Shown: piece after piece, positions 61,657 to 64,000 of the stretch
Layout of the letters: each line of letters starts with the position of its first letter
Numbering within the stretch: position 1 is the stretch's first letter
Assembly: GCA_028693275.1 (NCBI GenBank)
Contig: JAQUVS010000001.1
Location: forward strand, 2,741 to 66,740
Length of the DNA stretch: 64,000 nucleotides
Direction of reading: 5' to 3'
Origin: Bacilli bacterium
GTDB taxonomy: Bacteria > Bacillota_I > Bacilli_A > RF39 > UBA660
Notes under the pieces: model-generated
Databases searched by the model: none
What the model saw: only the letters and a program-made list of their open reading frames with translations
Told to the model about the DNA's origin: nothing
Translations under genes and position numbers: made by a program

Positions 61657-63015
61657 TTATTTTCCTAGGCAAAATTGTTTGAATAATTGATCTAGAAGTT
61701 CTTCTTCATATGTTTCACCTATAATTTTACCTAAAACTTCCCATGCATTTTTTATATCTATTTCTAACATATCAAGAGGTATTTCACTATCTATTTGGTT
61801 TTCAACACCTATTATAATTTCATATGCTTCTTTTGCTAAACTGATTTGTCTTGCGTTATTCAAATAACTATAGTCACTTTTTTCCAATTTATCTAAATTA
61901 AACATTGATACTATTCTTTCTTTTAGTTGCTCTATTCCATTATCACTTATTGTATCTGTAAATACTATATTATTACCTAAATTATCTAAATTGATTTTTT
62001 GTTTTAAATCTGCTTTGTTTATAACTATTATTTTATTTTTTTCTTTTATTTTATCTAGTATTTCTAAGTCTTCTGCATTAAGTTCTTCATTATTATTAAA
62101 AACTGAAATTATTAAATCTGCTTTATCTATATATTCAAAACTTTTATTAACTCCTATTTGTTCAACAATATCTTGTGTTTTTCTTATTCCCGCTGTATCG
62201 AAAATATTTAATTCTACTCCGCTTATTGTTATATTTCCTTCAACAATATCCCTTGTTGTTCCCTCTATATCTGTAACAATAGCTTTTTCTTCATCTAATA
62301 ATCTATTTAAAATGCTACTTTTACCTACATTTGGTCTACCGATTATAACAGTATTTATTCCATTTTTTAAGATTTTACCATTTTCTGATTCTTGAATTAT
62401 TTTTTCTAATTGTTTTTTTATTGATATTAATTCATTTTTTACTTTTTCTTTTGTCATTATTTCTATATCATCATATTCTGGATAATCTATATTTACTTCT
62501 ATAACAGTTATAATTTTTTCAAGAATTTGAAATCTAAGACTGCTAATTTTTCTACTTAAACTACCATTTAATATTTCTATTGCTTGTTTTCTTGAATTTT
62601 CGCTTTTTGAATTAATTAAATCCATTATTGATTCAGCTTTTAATAAATCTATTCTTCCATTTAAGAAAGCTCTTTTTGTAAATTCTCCTTCTTCAGCTAA
62701 TTTTATTCCTGTTGATAAGACTAATTCTAGTACTTTTTTTGTTGTTGCTATCCCACCATGACAATTAATTTCCACTATATCCTCAGTCGTAAAAGTTTTT
62801 GGAGCTTTCATTATACTTATTAATACTTCATCTATAACTTCTGAATTTTTATCTATTATATAACCGTAATTAATTGTATGGCTTTCTGCTGTATTTAAAT
62901 CTTTACCTTTAAATATTGTGTTAACTTTTTCAATTGATTCTGGTCCACTAATTCTTATAATTGATATCGCACCAACGCCTAATGCTGTTGATATTGCTGC
63001 TATTGTTTCCTTCAT
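61657..63015 (-). CDS. mnmE: tRNA modification GTPase MnmE
   Basis: G1 GRPNVGKSS. C-terminal CLGK (CxGK) motif. 452 aa. Confidence 0.95.
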   Translation of the reverse strand: MKETIAAISTALGVGAISIIRISGPESIEKVNTIFKGKDLNTAESHTINYGYIIDKNSEVIDEVLISIMKAPKTFTTEDIVEINCHGGIATTKKVLELVLSTGIKLAEEGEFTKRAFLNGRIDLLKAESIMDLINSKSENSRKQAIEILNGSLSRKISSLRFQILEKIITVIEVNIDYPEYDDIEIMTKEKVKNELISIKKQLEKIIQESENGKILKNGINTVIIGRPNVGKSSILNRLLDEEKAIVTDIEGTTRDIVEGNITISGVELNIFDTAGIRKTQDIVEQIGVNKSFEYIDKADLIISVFNNNEELNAEDLEILDKIKEKNKIIVINKADLKQKINLDNLGNNIVFTDTISDNGIEQLKERIVSMFNLDKLEKSDYSYLNNARQISLAKEAYEIIIGVENQIDSEIPLDMLEIDIKNAWEVLGKIIGETYEEELLDQLFKQFCLGK

Positions 63016-63057
63016 ATAACCACTTCCTGCCTTGTATTATAACATAATATTTATTTG
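63016..63057 (-). promoter_or_regulatory. Candidate mnmE promoter (extended -10)
   Basis: Minus strand TGTTATAAT followed by AGGAAGTG SD and ATG. Confidence 0.3.
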
Positions 63058-63087
63058 AATTAAAAAAAAATAGATAAAAATCTATTT
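63058..63087 (-). terminator. Rho-independent terminator after jag
   Basis: AAATAGAT-AAAA-ATCTATTT overlapping the TAG stop, with T9 on the minus strand. Confidence 0.5.
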
Positions 63088-63696
63088 TTCTTCTTTTTTC
63101 TTAATTACTATACATCTATTTGGCTCTTCGCCTTCACTTTCTGTATAAACATTATTATTATCTGATAGTATTGTATGAACTAGTCTTCTTTCATACGAAT
63201 TCATAGGATCTAATTTTGCTGATATTCCTGTTTTAAAAACTTCTTGAGCTATATATTTTACTTCTCTTTCTAGTGTTTTTTCATGTTTTTGTCTATATTC
63301 ACCAACATCCAACATAAATCCGTAATAAGTTCCTAATTTACTAAATAAAACTTGTTTTAATAGTAAATTAATAGATTCTAATGTTTTTCCGTTTTTTCCT
63401 ATTAAAATAGCATTATTATTTGAAAACATTGTATATGTGTTGAAATTTTCTTTAGATTTAACTTCTATTTCTCCTGTTAAACCTATGTTTCTAATTAAAT
63501 TTCTTAAATATTCTTTTATAAAATCATTTATTTCTCTTTTTTGAAATACTTCTATTTCTACTTTTTTATTTTTAAATAATCCTTGTTTTACTTCTTTTTC
63601 TATTATTAGAAGATTTTCTTCTTGTTCTTGCATGTCTATTTTTGCTTGATTTACTGCATCTTCAATATTTTTTCCTACATATACTTTTTTTTCCAT
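63082..63696 (-). CDS. jag: RNA-binding protein Jag/KhpB (KH + R3H)
   Basis: C-terminal R3H motif YERRLVHT. Position after yidC. Confidence 0.8.
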   Translation of the reverse strand: MEKKVYVGKNIEDAVNQAKIDMQEQEENLLIIEKEVKQGLFKNKKVEIEVFQKREINDFIKEYLRNLIRNIGLTGEIEVKSKENFNTYTMFSNNNAILIGKNGKTLESINLLLKQVLFSKLGTYYGFMLDVGEYRQKHEKTLEREVKYIAQEVFKTGISAKLDPMNSYERRLVHTILSDNNNVYTESEGEEPNRCIVIKKKEEK

Positions 63697-64000
63697 TATA
63701 TTTTACTCCTTTTAACAATTAAATTTTGTACTATTGTAAATAAATTTGTTGTTATCCAGTATATACATAAAGCTGCTGGCATAAAGAATCCCATTACAGT
63801 GAACATTATTACCATTCCGGTAGTCATTCCCTTCATTGGGTCTTTTTCTGTAGTTACTGCTGATGATTTATTTAAATTAAATGATAAATATGTACTATAT
63901 GCTACTAAGGCAATTAATATTAAATATAAAATATTTCCAGTTGAAGCTAAACCAATTGATGGTGTTGTTCCCATTTGAAGAGTTAAAAATTTTTCTTCAA
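63696..64000 (-). CDS. yidC: Membrane protein insertase YidC/SpoIIIJ, C-terminal part (continues beyond window end)
   Basis: Conserved C-terminal TM segments, basic tail VKRSKI. The reading frame stays open past the track M at 63974 to the window edge. Confidence 0.75.
   Translation of the reverse strand, partial: EEKFLTLQMGTTPSIGLASTGNILYLILIALVAYSTYLSFNLNKSSAVTTEKDPMKGMTTGMVIMFTVMGFFMPAALCIYWITTNLFTIVQNLIVKRSKI

Noticed and set aside
63622-63978. 118-aa plus-strand ORF overlapping the jag/yidC junction
   Set aside because: It is antisense to two conserved genes, hydrophobic from poly-T codons, with no independent signal.
1-64000. Search for CRISPR arrays, IS elements, integrases, tRNA/rRNA genes and phage remnants
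   Set aside because: I saw no spaced direct-repeat arrays, no transposase or integrase-like ORFs and no tRNA-like or rRNA-like segments. The window is continuous core coding sequence.

Overview
This window is very AT-rich and almost entirely coding, with 62 of 64 genes on the minus strand. It is the replication-origin-proximal core region of a low-GC Firmicute (Bacilli/Erysipelotrichia-like, judged from gene content and B. subtilis-like synteny). Genes run from yidC (partial), jag, mnmE, mnmG, rsmG, noc, parA and parB at the right edge. They continue through ychF, rpsF-ssb-rpsR, dnaB, a WalJ-like MBL gene with rlmH, argS, prfA-prmC, murA, secA-prfB, ftsEX, gltX-cysS, sigH, secE-nusG, rplKAJL, rpoBC and rpsL-rpsG-fusA-tuf. 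They end with murD, secG and the start of rnr at the left edge. The standard genetic code is in use: the long ORFs are intact, and prfB carries the classic in-frame UGA +1 frameshift site. I found no CRISPR array, mobile element, rRNA or tRNA. I do not see a clear-cut novel defence or mobile system in this window. The most interesting signals are small lineage-specific ORFs inserted into otherwise ultra-conserved operons. One is a 161-aa ORF translationally coupled to nusG, upstream of the rplK leader. Another is a tail-anchored protein that replaces rpmG downstream of sigH. Also notable are an FtsE-FtsX-coiled-coil-M23 module, a tandem YitT pair, a stand-alone DHH/DHHA1 protein at the GdpP locus, a wal-operon remnant without WalRK, and acidic or lysine-rich terminal extensions on RpoB and SecE. 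All coordinates and motifs were read by eye from the sequence and the ORF track. No database searches were run.
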